Shown in pieces: positions 22,932 to 34,309 of a DNA stretch of 64,000 bases (position 1 is the first letter of the stretch; each line of letters starts with the position of its first letter). Origin of the DNA: Saprolegnia diclina VS20 (lineage: Eukaryota). The notes under the pieces are model-generated. The model was given only the letters and a program-made list of their open reading frames with translations, made no database searches and had not been told where the DNA came from. The stretch is from the NCBI RefSeq assembly GCF_000281045.1, contig NW_008246075.1, positions 243,476-307,475 of the forward strand, in the 5' to 3' direction. A program made the translations under genes and the position numbers.

Positions 22932-23616
22932 ATGATGGCGCAACCGCCTCCACCTGTACTACAAGCTATCTACCAGAGCAAGATGAAGACCTAGAACCTG
23001 GGACCTTGGTAGCCTACGTGTTTAGAAGCAGCCAACGAGAGGAGAATGGTGGAAGCGACGCCTCGCGACATGGCGGGAGGAAGAACCGGCTGCGTTTCCG
23101 ATGGCGTTCGATATCGAAGCGGCAACCTGCCCGTTGACAAAGCTCTGCGAGAATCGAGTTGCATGCGTGCAGATTGCAGTATCTGAGAGACGTCGTCACA
23201 ACTGGAACGGATCAGGTTACCAGTGCATTGTCGACCGCTCTTGGCGCTACCACCGTGCGTCGAGGTACACTGTACGAGAGCATGACCAGGACAAGACGCA
23301 AGTCATGTTGATGCTAGGGATGCGAGGAAACTACATGGTTGATGGCAGCGTTATTGCGTTGATAATCGCGGTACGTGCCAAGCCGCGCGCCAAATTCGAC
23401 TGCCATGTTCATCTCTACTTACGCCCGCAACTTTGGTCATGCAGACGTGACGGCAGCAGTTGGCGCGCATTAGGTAGCAGACTCGTTCTCATCGTCCACG
23501 GCCAGACAAGCCCACACAGATTGCGCATAGCGGTACACAGACATAGTCGTACTTCGATATTGACTCTTGTTAGACTCGAGGCCGCGGCTGCACACATTGG
23601 CAATGTCGCCGTCTAG
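22932..23616 (+). CDS. Possible multi-exon hypothetical protein
   Basis: MMAQPPPP can be spliced (GT-AG) in frame to KQPTRGEWWKRRLATWREEEPAAFPMAFDIEAATCPLTKLCENRV; further GTAC donors lie downstream. No recognised domain. Confidence 0.25.
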
Positions 23617-23664
23617 AGGCGCCATGACGTCGGCGCGTCAGCACGCGGGCGACGGACCCCGCGC

Positions 23665-24026
23665 TTAGTGGTGGTGGCTGTCGCCGTGGGCGGCCTTGGC
23701 AGCCTCCTGCGCCGCCTTCTTGTGGCCTAAAGCAATCAAACCAAGCATGAGCGATACAAGAACTAGGAGTTTTGCATGTTCGTACGGTGGCGACCGAGGT
23801 ACTGCATGGTCATGCCCGAGCCCGCGACGATGAGCATGATATGGACGATGGGCGCGAACGAGTTGGTGTGGACGTGGCGCACGCCGTAGTTGTGGGCGAA
23901 GCGGTGGAAGAAGCTCGCCGGGCCCGCGGGGACGGGCGACGTGTGGCGGACCGCGAGGCTCTTCTTGGCGCGGGTCATCCACTCGACGGAGTGCGCGCGG
24001 GACGCTTGGTATTCGGCGGAGCTCAT
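23665..24026 (-). CDS. Probable mitochondrial ATP synthase subunit f (ATP17-like), 2 exons
   Basis: HNYGVRHVHTNSFAPIVHIMLIVAGSGMTMQYLGRH|RHKKAAQEAAKAAHGDSHHH resembles the plant/fungal subunit f pattern: Y..KY...S..PI.H, one TM and a His-rich tail. Confidence 0.6.
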
Positions 24027-24661
24027 GTTCGTTTGCTAAGGTCAACTGACGGTCCGAAAAGCCCTACCTTTTCGTCGAAATCCCGCCATACTTTGTTCGA
24101 ATATACGCCGGCCGCCGCCACACCGCGCCGTGATTGGCCACTCCTGCTGGCCACTCGTTTCCGCCCGCCCGTGCACAAAACCCGCCCGCGCCGCCACTTG
24201 GCCTTTCGCCGACGACGTCCTTGAGCAGGACGAGGCAGCGGGCTGCATGGCACCTGCGCACTCACCGAACGACCCAGCTCGTTGTATTTCTTGGAGCTAG
24301 TGGCACCAAGCTTGTTACAATAGCTCGTGGATAGCTTGGGCCGGATGACGGTTCTGGAAGCATGGTGGCCAAGACGTTGGCGCCGTGATCGACTTCGTGC
24401 TTAAGCTTGTGGAAATCGATAGCTATGGAGGATGCTGTGGTTGCAGGATTGGATGCGAGCACAAGAGTCTGTCGCCAGAGCTCCATACCACAATAGTACG
24501 TCACCGCTAGGCCGCGTCAATCAGACAATGCTGGAGGCCATGTAAGATCTTGATGCACCATGAATTTGGGCGTGTCTGTCCTTTCTGCCGCCGATGGCAA
24601 TGCGTGACAAAACGCGTTTCGGACTCGGCGAGACGAAACCGACGTCGTCGGCAACGCGAGT

Positions 24662-27600
24662 ATGGCCTCCGAGTTCTTCATCGTGCGCTCCGAGTACGGT
24701 GTCAAAGACACTCAGCGCTACAAACCCAAGCCCAAGGCGTTGCCGCCAACGGACGTCGACGACGTTCGCGACGACCGGACGCTCCTGACGCACTACACGC
24801 CGACCCATCTCAACCGGATCGGGTCCACGCCTGTATTGCCGCTACAGAGTGCGCCGGGGACCCACGCCTTTAGCTCGTCCAAGAAACGCCTCTTTCCGTC
24901 GTCGTCGCCAAAGCTGACGCCGCTCACACCACCGCAAATGAGCAGCGAAAAGGCCAGCAGTGCGCTTGACAAGCAAGTGCAGAGCCTGCAAGCGACGATA
25001 CTGCACCTCGAAAAGGAGCTTTCAGACGCTCACCGGACGCTTCAGAAAGAGCGCAAGCACAAGACGCAGCTTGTCGCCGAGAATGCGGCGCTGCGCGAAC
25101 ACGTCGACGCGCTCACGCAGCGCGTGGCCGACGAGCGCGAAATCACGACGCACCAGAAGAAGGCGTTTGCCAAGCTCTCGCAAAAGTACGTGAGCGTCAA
25201 CGAGTCGTTCCATAAGCTCGCGTCGGCGCCGAGCCATGAGACCATCAAGACGGTGCTGGCGACGCTCGCGCGGGAAAACCAGGAGCACGAGCGGCGGGTC
25301 CGCGTCCTCGAGGCGCAGCACGCCGACGACAAGAAGAGCCTCGCGAATGCGGAGAAGCGCGTCAAGCTCGTGAAAGCCGAGCTCGAGGCCATTGAACACA
25401 TGCAAATGACGCAGCAGGCGCCGTCGACCGACCTCACGGACGCCAAGTCGAACATCCATGCGATGGATCTCAGCGACGTGGGCAACCTCGCGCCCGACGA
25501 CGCGTCGCGGACCGTGGCGGCCATGATCGAGCACTACATTGACCCGAACTTAATGCGGATCTTGCACAAGGTGGACTCGCAGTTTAGCATCTCGAACGCC
25601 ATCAACCTCTCGACGACCATGAAACGATGGCTGCATGCGTGCCAGAGCATCCACGTATCCTTGGACATTGGCGTCGTCCTCGAAGAGTTGTCATCTTCTC
25701 CACACGATTTTGCTCACAGTGCTCATGTAGGCTCCTCAAGAAGGTCGTCTCGGTGCTGCAGTGCGAGCACGCGGCCCTCTTCCAGCTCCACGGAAAAAAG
25801 CTCATTTGCCGCTGCACCAACGTACACGCCGTCCACACTCATGGCTGGCCTACCCTCGGATGCGTAGTTTGGCGTCACCAACTTGGAGATTCCGGCCGAC
25901 AAGGGCATTGTGAGCTACGTGCTGTCGTCCAAAACACCGTGCAATCTCGCTAGTGCCTACGACGACCCGCGCTTCTACAGCCCCCAGGACAACGTCACAG
26001 GCATTACGACCCGCGACATTGTGTGCGTTCCGATTCTCGACGGCCGGCACGACGTGCTCGCAGTGCTTCGGGTCTCTCTTTCGATAGAAAACGATCGATG
26101 CAACTCTGTTCTTATGGAGATAGGCGTGCAATACGACCCACTACAAGGGGTTTTCGCCCAACGACGAGATTGTGCTCTCGCTCTTTGCAGTCCAAGCTGG
26201 CATTCTTCTCGAGCAATTTCAGGTGCTTGCATTGTCGCTCTCAAATTGGAATGATGAATGGGAGGTAGATGGACGACAAGCTGCAGGCGTCGCAGACGAA
26301 GCTCCTTCGCCTGCACGAGATGCCACGGCCGCTCGTGTCGGAGAGCGTTCCGTCGCTAGCGAGCATGAGCTTAATTCGGTTCGTTCTTGCCACAGAGCGC
26401 AAGTTCCACGACATTCTCGGCGCGACCAAGTTCAAGATGTTTGTGCTGGACGATGGCCCCGAGAGTAGCTCCAGCAGCACCAACGGCAGCGCCACGGCCA
26501 TGATGTGGTGCGTGGGCACGACGCTCGACCCGAGCTGCGACACCAAGCACTTTCGTCAGTACTACAAACTCTCGTCCGGTCTCTGCGGCGTCGTAAGCTG
26601 ATGCCCCACGTGTCGCCAAAGCAAACTGGGTTGCGATGTAGGCCATCGCGCACCCTCGGGGGCTCACGGTGCCAACGCCGTTCGCACACCCCAAGTACAA
26701 CGGCGCAGTCGACTTGAACAACCTCGCCCACGGACTGTACGTCGTTCCGATCACGTCGTACTGGGGCAAGCTCCTCGGCGTGCTGCAAGTCGCTCGGTCG
26801 GCGACATTGGCCCAAGGCCCGAAGCGCGAAGTCGCGCAGCAGCAAAGCGCGGACGACGACTTGCGTCTCCACTTGCTTTGCATCTTTGCCCAGACCGTTG
26901 CGCTTGCGCTGTGAGTAGGACACTCATACCGCGTTGTAGATTGCGGGCATTTTGCACCAGATCATGGCCCACGAGCTCTACGACGCGTGCTCGACAGAGG
27001 TAATCAGGGCGTAGACACAGACCGAGTGCTAGCACGCGTGTAGATCAAGACGGCGCGCTGGGGGGCGCTCGAAACGACGCTGAACGACGCGTTGCCACCT
27101 CCCGAGTCCCGAAAAGCGAGCACAGAGCTAACGACGGACGAAGCGAGGCGCATGCGTGAGTTTGTCGAGAAGGCTGGACTTCCTTTCCACGAAAGTACGC
27201 CGACGCGGCGGCGGCCATCCGCGACCAAGACACCAGAAAAGCCAATGATAGCGCCCGAGGAGAACGGACTACGGATCACAGGACACGCCAACGAGACACT
27301 AGCTTCGGCGTCGACCGAGGAGCGGACAACGACGGCGGTCGTCAAAAAGTCCAACGCGGAAAACCGACGTCGATCCAGCGTCAGTGCGACGGCATCGTCG
27401 TCCATGCCTGTGATAGTCGAAGACCGGCGACAGTCCATGTCCGAGCCAACTGGCACCGCGACAGCCCACGAGTTTTCGCCACCATCGTCGCCGTTGGTGG
27501 CCGTTGCAGGTCGAGACGTTTGCACACCCGTGCTGACACCATCGCAATTCACATCCTCAAGGACGCCCCCCGCGCACCTCGACCACACGGAACGCCCGGC

Positions 27601-28279
27601 GACTCCTGCACACCCAGCCACTACCGCGCAACTCGTGACTCCGACTCACGAAGCAGCTGCCACGGATACGATGGCTCCTGGGCAGCCCATGCATCCCGCA
27701 ACACCTGTGGCCCAAGAGCATGACGCACCCACAAGACCCGCAACGGCTACTGACGCTGACAGCCCAGTAGTGTCAGAGCACACCACCACCAACACATCAC
27801 CGGTCTTGCGACCCTCCAGCGTCGCAGACACCGACGGTCCAGTGGTGTCCAAACCCCCAAATGTCACCGAGGACCCAGCAGTGTCAAGACCCCCAACTGC
27901 CAAGAACACCGAGGTCCCAGTGGTCTCAGATACACCAACGACCACAGACCCCGATGGCCAAAAGGCATCTACAACGACCTCGAGCAATGACACCTCTCTC
28001 GTCTCGGAGTCCCAAGCGGTCGACGTGCCCGTCGTGTCCAGGCCACCAACGGCCACCGACGTCGCGGGAATCGCGCCCGACGAGCCAGCAGCCATGTACG
28101 AAGAGAGAGCCTCAGATCATGATGGTGACGGTGCGCTTGTGCTCGAGTACGTCGACGACCCAACGCTACCACCGGGGTGGACCGCCATCCGACATGGCGA
28201 GCACATTTACTACGAGGAGCCATCAACGGGGACGCAGACGTGGACGCACCCCACTGCGGCCTCCAGTCTCGCGCTCTAG
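24662..28279 (+). CDS. Coiled-coil + GAF domain(s) + Pro/Thr-rich region + C-terminal WW domain protein, multi-exon
   Basis: Coiled coil at about 24950-25400. GAF signature EIPADKGIVSYV...CNLASAYDDPRFYSPQDNVTGITTRDIVCVPILD...VLAV; second GAF-like segment HPKYNGAVD...YVVPITSYWGKLLGVLQV. WW: LPPGWTAIRHGEHIYYEEPSTGTQTWTHP. Confidence 0.75.
27730..28065 (+). repeat. Degenerate coding tandem repeat (PVVSxPPT/TDxDxP units)
   Basis: Recurrent CCCAGT(A/G)GTGTC-like units encoding SPVVSEH, GPVVSKPP, PAVSRPPT, VPVVSDTPT and VPVVSRPPT. Confidence 0.6.
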
Positions 28280-28391
28280 GTTGTTTGTGCATAAATGTCC
28301 ATAGTCGTTTTCAGAAAAAGGAGTCTAAATACGATTAGTCACTTATTCACGCACCACACGGGATATATACACAACGGGCAACCAAGGGTGC

Positions 28392-31129
28392 CTACAGTTC
28401 GGGCGTCGTCGGCATCGTGTTGACGACGAGGAGCGACTCGGTGAGGCTGCCCGACCCAGAGTCCGACGACGACACGGGCGACGCGCCGGCTCGGTCGTCA
28501 CCTTCGTCCGAGGCCACGATCGTGCTGCTCGAGTTGTTGCGGCTCAGGTCGTCGCTCTTCATCGGTCGGAGGAGGTGGATGTCAAAGTCCGGGTCGGCTT
28601 TCCGGTCCAGTGGCAGCACAAAGTGATCGTGCGCGTCGTCGTCGATGTCGAGACCGTTGGCCGCGACCTCGAGGTGGTTGTAGTCAAAGTCGCCAAAGAG
28701 GTCTGTGGTCGTGCCGCCCGAGCCGCGCACCGACGTCGGCGTGTCGCACGCCACCTCGTTGGCGTGCATGTACGTATCGAACACATCGACCGTGACGTAC
28801 TCCTTGGCGTACGTCTTCATGAGGAGCGCTTGGTCGGCCGAGAACGTCGCTTGGCGCGCAAAGACACGCGGCCAGTCGACGGACGCAAACCACGGGTGGC
28901 GCTTGATCTCGTCGACGCCGTCGGGGCCGCAGCCAAGCCGGTCCTCGGGCTTCTTTTGCAAGAGACCTTGCACAAAGCTCTTGGCGTCCGGCGAGAAGCG
29001 GTCCGAGAAGGGCACTTCAAAAGTCATGATCTTCTCCTTGATGAGTTTGTTGTTCTTGGCGTTGAACGGCGTGCGACCGTCAATCATCTCGAACACCATG
29101 ACGCCAAGGGCCCACCAGTCGATCGCACGCTAGACACGATATCAACTTGATACTTGGAAGATAGAAACTGTACCGTGTACGGCTTGTTGGTCAAAATGTC
29201 GGGCGCCATCATCTGGTACGTGCCGACAAAGGTCGACGTGCGCTCACCGGCCTTGACGTTCTCCTTGGACATGCCAAAGTCGGTGAGCGCGACGTGGCCC
29301 TCCGAGTCGCAGAGCACGTTCTCGAGCTTGAGGTCGCGGTAGATGATGTCGTTGGCGTGCAAATGACCCAGCGCGAGCGTCACCTCGGCCGCATACAGGC
29401 GCGCACGCTCCTCGGTAAAGTGGCGCACGATGCGCATTTGGTCCAAGAGGTTGCCGCCGGGGTAGTAGTGCGAGAGGAGGTAGAGCTTGGCGTCATTCTG
29501 GAACGCATAGCAGAGCGTCGCGATGAACGGGTGCTTGATGCGGTCGAGGATCCGGCGCTCGGCGTTCGTGGCTTCGACAAGGCCGCGCGCGACGACGAGG
29601 CGCTTCTTGATCGACTTCATCGCGTAAAAACTGCCTTCGTCCGCGCCGTGCTTTTTGCGCACGAGCTTGACGCGGCCACAGGCGCCGCGGCCGATGAACT
29701 TGACAATTTCAAAGTCCGAGAGGCAGAGATCGTCGACCTTGTCTGGGTGGATGAAGATCGAGCACCGGTCAATGAGGTCGGCGTCGTTCATCTGCGTGAG
29801 CGACGCCGGCGTGCTTGACGTGCTCGACTTCTTGCGCGGGTCGATGAGGCACGGGAGCAACTGGCACATTTTGCAGACGCCCCAGAGACCAAAGACCGGG
29901 GCTTGCTTGTCTTCGCAGCAGTTGGCACAGTACTTGACCTCGCACCACGCGCACTGCATTTTGCGCGTCAACAAGCCCATCTTGCGGTGGCACAGGCCAC
30001 ACCCGCCCCACTTGTTCTTGTCGCTGGGCGTAAACTTGGTGATGCCACTCGCCTGGCCGCAGCGAGCGGCAAAGACGCCAAAGACCGACGTCATGACCGC
30101 GCGCAGCGCCCAGCCGCCCGACGACCCGAGCACGTTCGATGGAATCGCGCCCGCCGAGACGCAAATGCAGCCGTGACGACGCTCCGTCGACGTGATCTGC
30201 CCGCCCGCCGGCGTCTCGATCGACAAAAGCCAGGCGACCGCGCGTCGTGACAGCATGCGCCGCGCAAAGTACGTGTCTGAGTCGCCGACGTAGTGGCTCG
30301 GCTCGATGAGCGCGAGCGCGCGCAGTCGGTGCTGCATGCCTCCCCGCCCATTGTCGTGGTTGAGGAGCTGCATGACGTTTTGGCACCCGCGCGAGAAGGC
30401 GAGGATGAAGAGGTCGCAGTCGTACGGCTTGACAAAGTAGTCCCAGACCGTGCCCACGTGCTGCTTGGAGTGGCACGACTGCGCCGCAGGGTTCATGATG
30501 AGCACGCCGTAGCCCTCGGCGATGGCCTTCCGGAGGTATGAGAGCATCGTACCAGCTTCTTCGTCGCCGTTCGTGTTCATACAGATGCTTCGGCTCCAGA
30601 CGCCGGCCTCACGGTACGGCACGATGACAAGCAGGCGCGACGCCTTGCCATGGTCTTTGGTGTGGAAGACAGTCGCGCTCTTGCATTGGCACGGGTGCGC
30701 GTCGTAGGCTTCGTCGCTGCCCGTGAAGGGCACGAGCGATTCGATCATCCCGAGCTCTGTGACCATGGTTGTGTGAATCTCGCGAATGATTTCGTCCATG
30801 CGCGCCGAGTCGGCGACCGAGTCGCCGGAATACTTGGCGCTCGGGCTGTACTCGAGCTTGAGGCCGCCCATGGGCATAGGCGGCAAGTCGTCCGCATCAG
30901 CTGATCGCTTGGACGAGTGCAACGAGTGCGACGAGCCCGACGTCGCGGGCTCGGACCGCGCGGGCAGCAGCAGTGGCGGTGGCGGCGGCGGGCCCATGCT
31001 GCCGCGACTGTGGCGCGTGCTACGGCTCAGGCGCTCCGCCGAGAGCGTGTGGCTCGTCTCGCTCAGGCGCTTCATGCGGTGGAGGTCGTTGGAGCTCAGC
31101 ATCTGCGGCGACAGCCCCGACGCGTTCAT
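28392..31129 (-). CDS. AGC-family Ser/Thr kinase with an N-terminal FAM172A/Arb2-like domain and a FYVE-like zinc finger, 2 exons
   Basis: Arb2-like: RLLVIVPYREAGVWSRSICMN...AGTMLSYLRKAIAEGYGVLIMNP...LAFSRG...ALALIEPSH...CICVSAG. 8-Cys finger CGLC..CAWC..CANC..CKMC. Kinase motifs IGRGACGRV, YAMK, YRDLKLEN, DFGMSK, DWWALG and RLGCGPDGVDEIKRHPWF. Intron 29130-29173. Confidence 0.88.
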
Positions 31130-32136
31130 CGTGGGCGGCGCTGGCAACGCGCTTGAAAACGGGGAATGGGGCCAAGCGCGCGTGCATTTTTTTAGTCTGA
31201 TTTTGCTCCTTTTTATTTCGCCGCGTCCAAAGCTAAAGAATTATCGATGCTTGTTGCTTAAAATTATACAAGAGTCATACAAAAGCCAGTGTAAATGCGT
31301 TTGTGTTGCATTAAAAGAAGGGCGAGTTGTCAAGGCAATTGGAATCGCATTCAATTAAATACCTTGTATTTTTAGAAGGCGTCCGAGAAGGTACTCCTTG
31401 AAGCCCCGCGACGGCAACGTCACTGTTTTTATATCGCGATTTGTATACGAGAGTGAGAGTGAGTACAGCGTGGCACCGAGTATTGCGATTTGGAGCCATC
31501 AAGTCCCACTCTCAAAGTGTGAGTTGCGCTGGCACAGCAACATTTTTTGATTGGCTGAAATAGGAATGGATACGCCAATCCGCAGAGAGGACGCGTTGAA
31601 ATCCTGACATTTCGACCGCTTTGCAGCCAATGCGCGCGCGATGGACGGCAAAATCACCTTGCGACGCGGGTTCGGTTCCCCTTGTGCAAGGTTCAGTGCG
31701 GGAGGGACCAGACGACGCGTGGCCAGCACACCAACGTCGTCTCTCCGCCGTTCAAGACGTGCTGTGCATTAGTAAAATGGGTGATGCCATCTTTTCGGAC
31801 TGACAAGAAGGCTCGATTTTCTGTCCCAAGCACCATAGCGTAAACACTGCGTTTCGTATTTTGCCGAAATCAGCGCCTCGTGTCGCAGCCCTACCCCGAC
31901 CAAGAAGAGATCACATGCACCTACTAGGCAATTGCAATATATACTGGTACGAAAAAGTGCGATACATAGTGCTATAATACAGTGTACGAGGGACGTCCGA
32001 GTAGCTTTCCGAACGATCCAGAGTGTGAAAAGAAAGCCAAGTCGTCCGCACCCAAAGCGTGGCGCTTGCACGGTCTTCTCGAACGCGACATAGTATTATC
32101 ACAAAGTGCTATTGGTATATGGGCGTGTATGGTACT

Positions 32137-33723
32137 CTATGGGCGCTTGAGGAGCTGCTGCTCCATGCGCAGCTCCTGCTTTAACGCAGTGTTCTCGGCC
32201 GCCAAGTGCTTGCGTGCGGCGTCGGTGGCTTGCACCTTTTGCGCGAGCGCTGCGTGCGTCGCGCGCGCGACGGCCTCCATCTGTTCCTTGGCGGCGGCAG
32301 CGGTCGCCACGCGCTCCTCGAGCACCTGTACGATAACGCGAATGTGATGGCAGCATGCGACCACCATCGAGAGGCAGTGTGTTACCGCTGGGATTGTATT
32401 ACCTGATTCTGCTGCTGCATGCGACGAACGTGTTCTTCGAGCTCTGCCTTGGAGGCACCCATGGCGCTGAGCGCCGCCTTGGCCTCGTCATGGACACTCT
32501 TGGCGCGACTAATGTCAGCCTCGTAGTTGAACTTCAACTGCTCCGCCCGCTGCGCGTCAAGCTGCGTGAGTAGCTGCGTCTCGACCAACGTTCTTGTCTT
32601 TTCTCCCAACGCTTCCTTCAAGCTGGCAATCTTCTCGTGGGCCTTCTCCTAGAAGCAAGTATGGTTCTTGTGGGACTCGTAGTAGGATATCGTACATCTG
32701 ATGCCTGCCACGCAGCTTTGTCAAGGTCGAAAAGCTGCCGAAGATGCAAGAGCTCTTGTTCCAGGCACTTGACGGTTCCTGCGTGCGCTGTCGTGGCTTG
32801 TACCTGAATACATGCTCGAAGGTACGATCGGGCACACTGATAGGTACGTCTACCAAGTCTGCGTTGCCCTTGGCGACGAGCTGCTGGGCCGCCGCGACGT
32901 CATGGCGCAGTGCCGACGCGAGCTTCTTCGATTCGCGCAGCGCTGCAGTCGCAGCTTTGCCATGATTGCGCAGTGTGAGCAAGTGGCGACAGGACTCCTG
33001 CAGCGCCGCTTCTTTCTTGGCCCGAAGCATGCGCTCTTCCTGCAGTGCTTTCGATAACTTCTCAAGCTCTACGCACCGCGTGCTGCTAGTTCCATGTACG
33101 ATGCATAGAAGATCAAACCTTTGTCTTTGAGGTGGAGCATCCGCGTAAGGTTCGTGTTGGTCGCTTGGCACTCGCGCAGTTGCTGCTGCATGCTATTCAG
33201 CGCGTTTCCATGCGTTGCCTCGAGCTCCCGGCGCTGCGCGTCCAACGCCGCCGTCAGCGCCGAGGCATGGTTCAGCTCCGACGTATGTCGCTGGGTTTCC
33301 GCCGTCTGCTGTGCTGTCGCTTTGGCGTCCTGCAGGAGCCAGTCGTGGTCAACGAGCGGTACGTGTGTCGCCACAAGGTGCTCCATTGCCGTCTTCATTT
33401 CGAGCAACTGAGCTTGGTGCGTCGCCTCCTGCCGCAGCATGAGCTCTTCGTACTTGGCGCGCAAGCTATCGCAAAATGCCTCGGCGCGCTTTTCTCGGTC
33501 TTCCTATTACACAATGCGTGTAAGCGACGCGTCCGATGATTCAAAGCTGTACGAGGGTTTGCTGGCAGCGTCGCCGCTCGTCGCCGAGTTGATCGGTGTA
33601 GAGCGCCTTGGTGGCCTCGACTTCAATCGCGCACTGCTCTGCCATCTGCGCCTTGATCTGCGTGACGACATACTCGGACGAGAGATCGCGAGCGATCACG
33701 CGGGGCGCTTTGGTAGCGCGCAT
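32137..33723 (-). CDS. Coiled-coil hypothetical protein, multi-exon
   Basis: A series of heptad-rich exons (e.g. RAKYEELMLRQEATHQAQLLEMK, LEKLSKALQEERMLRAKKE, LAAENTALKQELRMEQQLLKRP*) separated by short GT-AG introns. Confidence 0.65.
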
Positions 33724-34309
33724 GGCGCCGAGCAGTTACAGGCGACGGCTTAGACGGTCCCAATCACGGTCGCCTTGGAACTTTTGTCATCGGTTCCGCA
33801 CTTGATTCGACGACGGGTCGGACACGAGCCAATGACAGTGGATCAGAGTACGCCTTTGCTACGACCTTTTCACCCCGTGCATTTGCCTCTATCCAAGTAG
33901 GCGCGTCTCACAAGGCCTAATGCCGGATCTTACCAACTTCAAGTTGAAGTTGAAGTGGCCAAGGGACCGTGGGTCGCACAAGAGCGTCCGACCACTGAGA
34001 GTACAGTAAGAGGAGGCGGCAAGGATCCAAGCACCGCTGGCGACGACCTCGTCTTGACGCCGTGGCTGCGGCGCCAGATAATATCGAACCCGGTCAGAGG
34101 CCGTCGGCGCTTCTATCTTTTGGTACAAACTCCAAGTACACCGGATCCAGCCTCTCAGAACGCATCCAATGGTCCGTTTCGCCGCTTCTTTCCCCTGTGG
34201 AACCGGATACCCCGACGCTCTCGTGTATCTTGAAGAGGTGTATCTTGTTGAAGGGTCACGTGCCAAGCTTTCCAAAGATCGGACCTGTGTCATTCCAAGA
34301 TCTTCCGCC

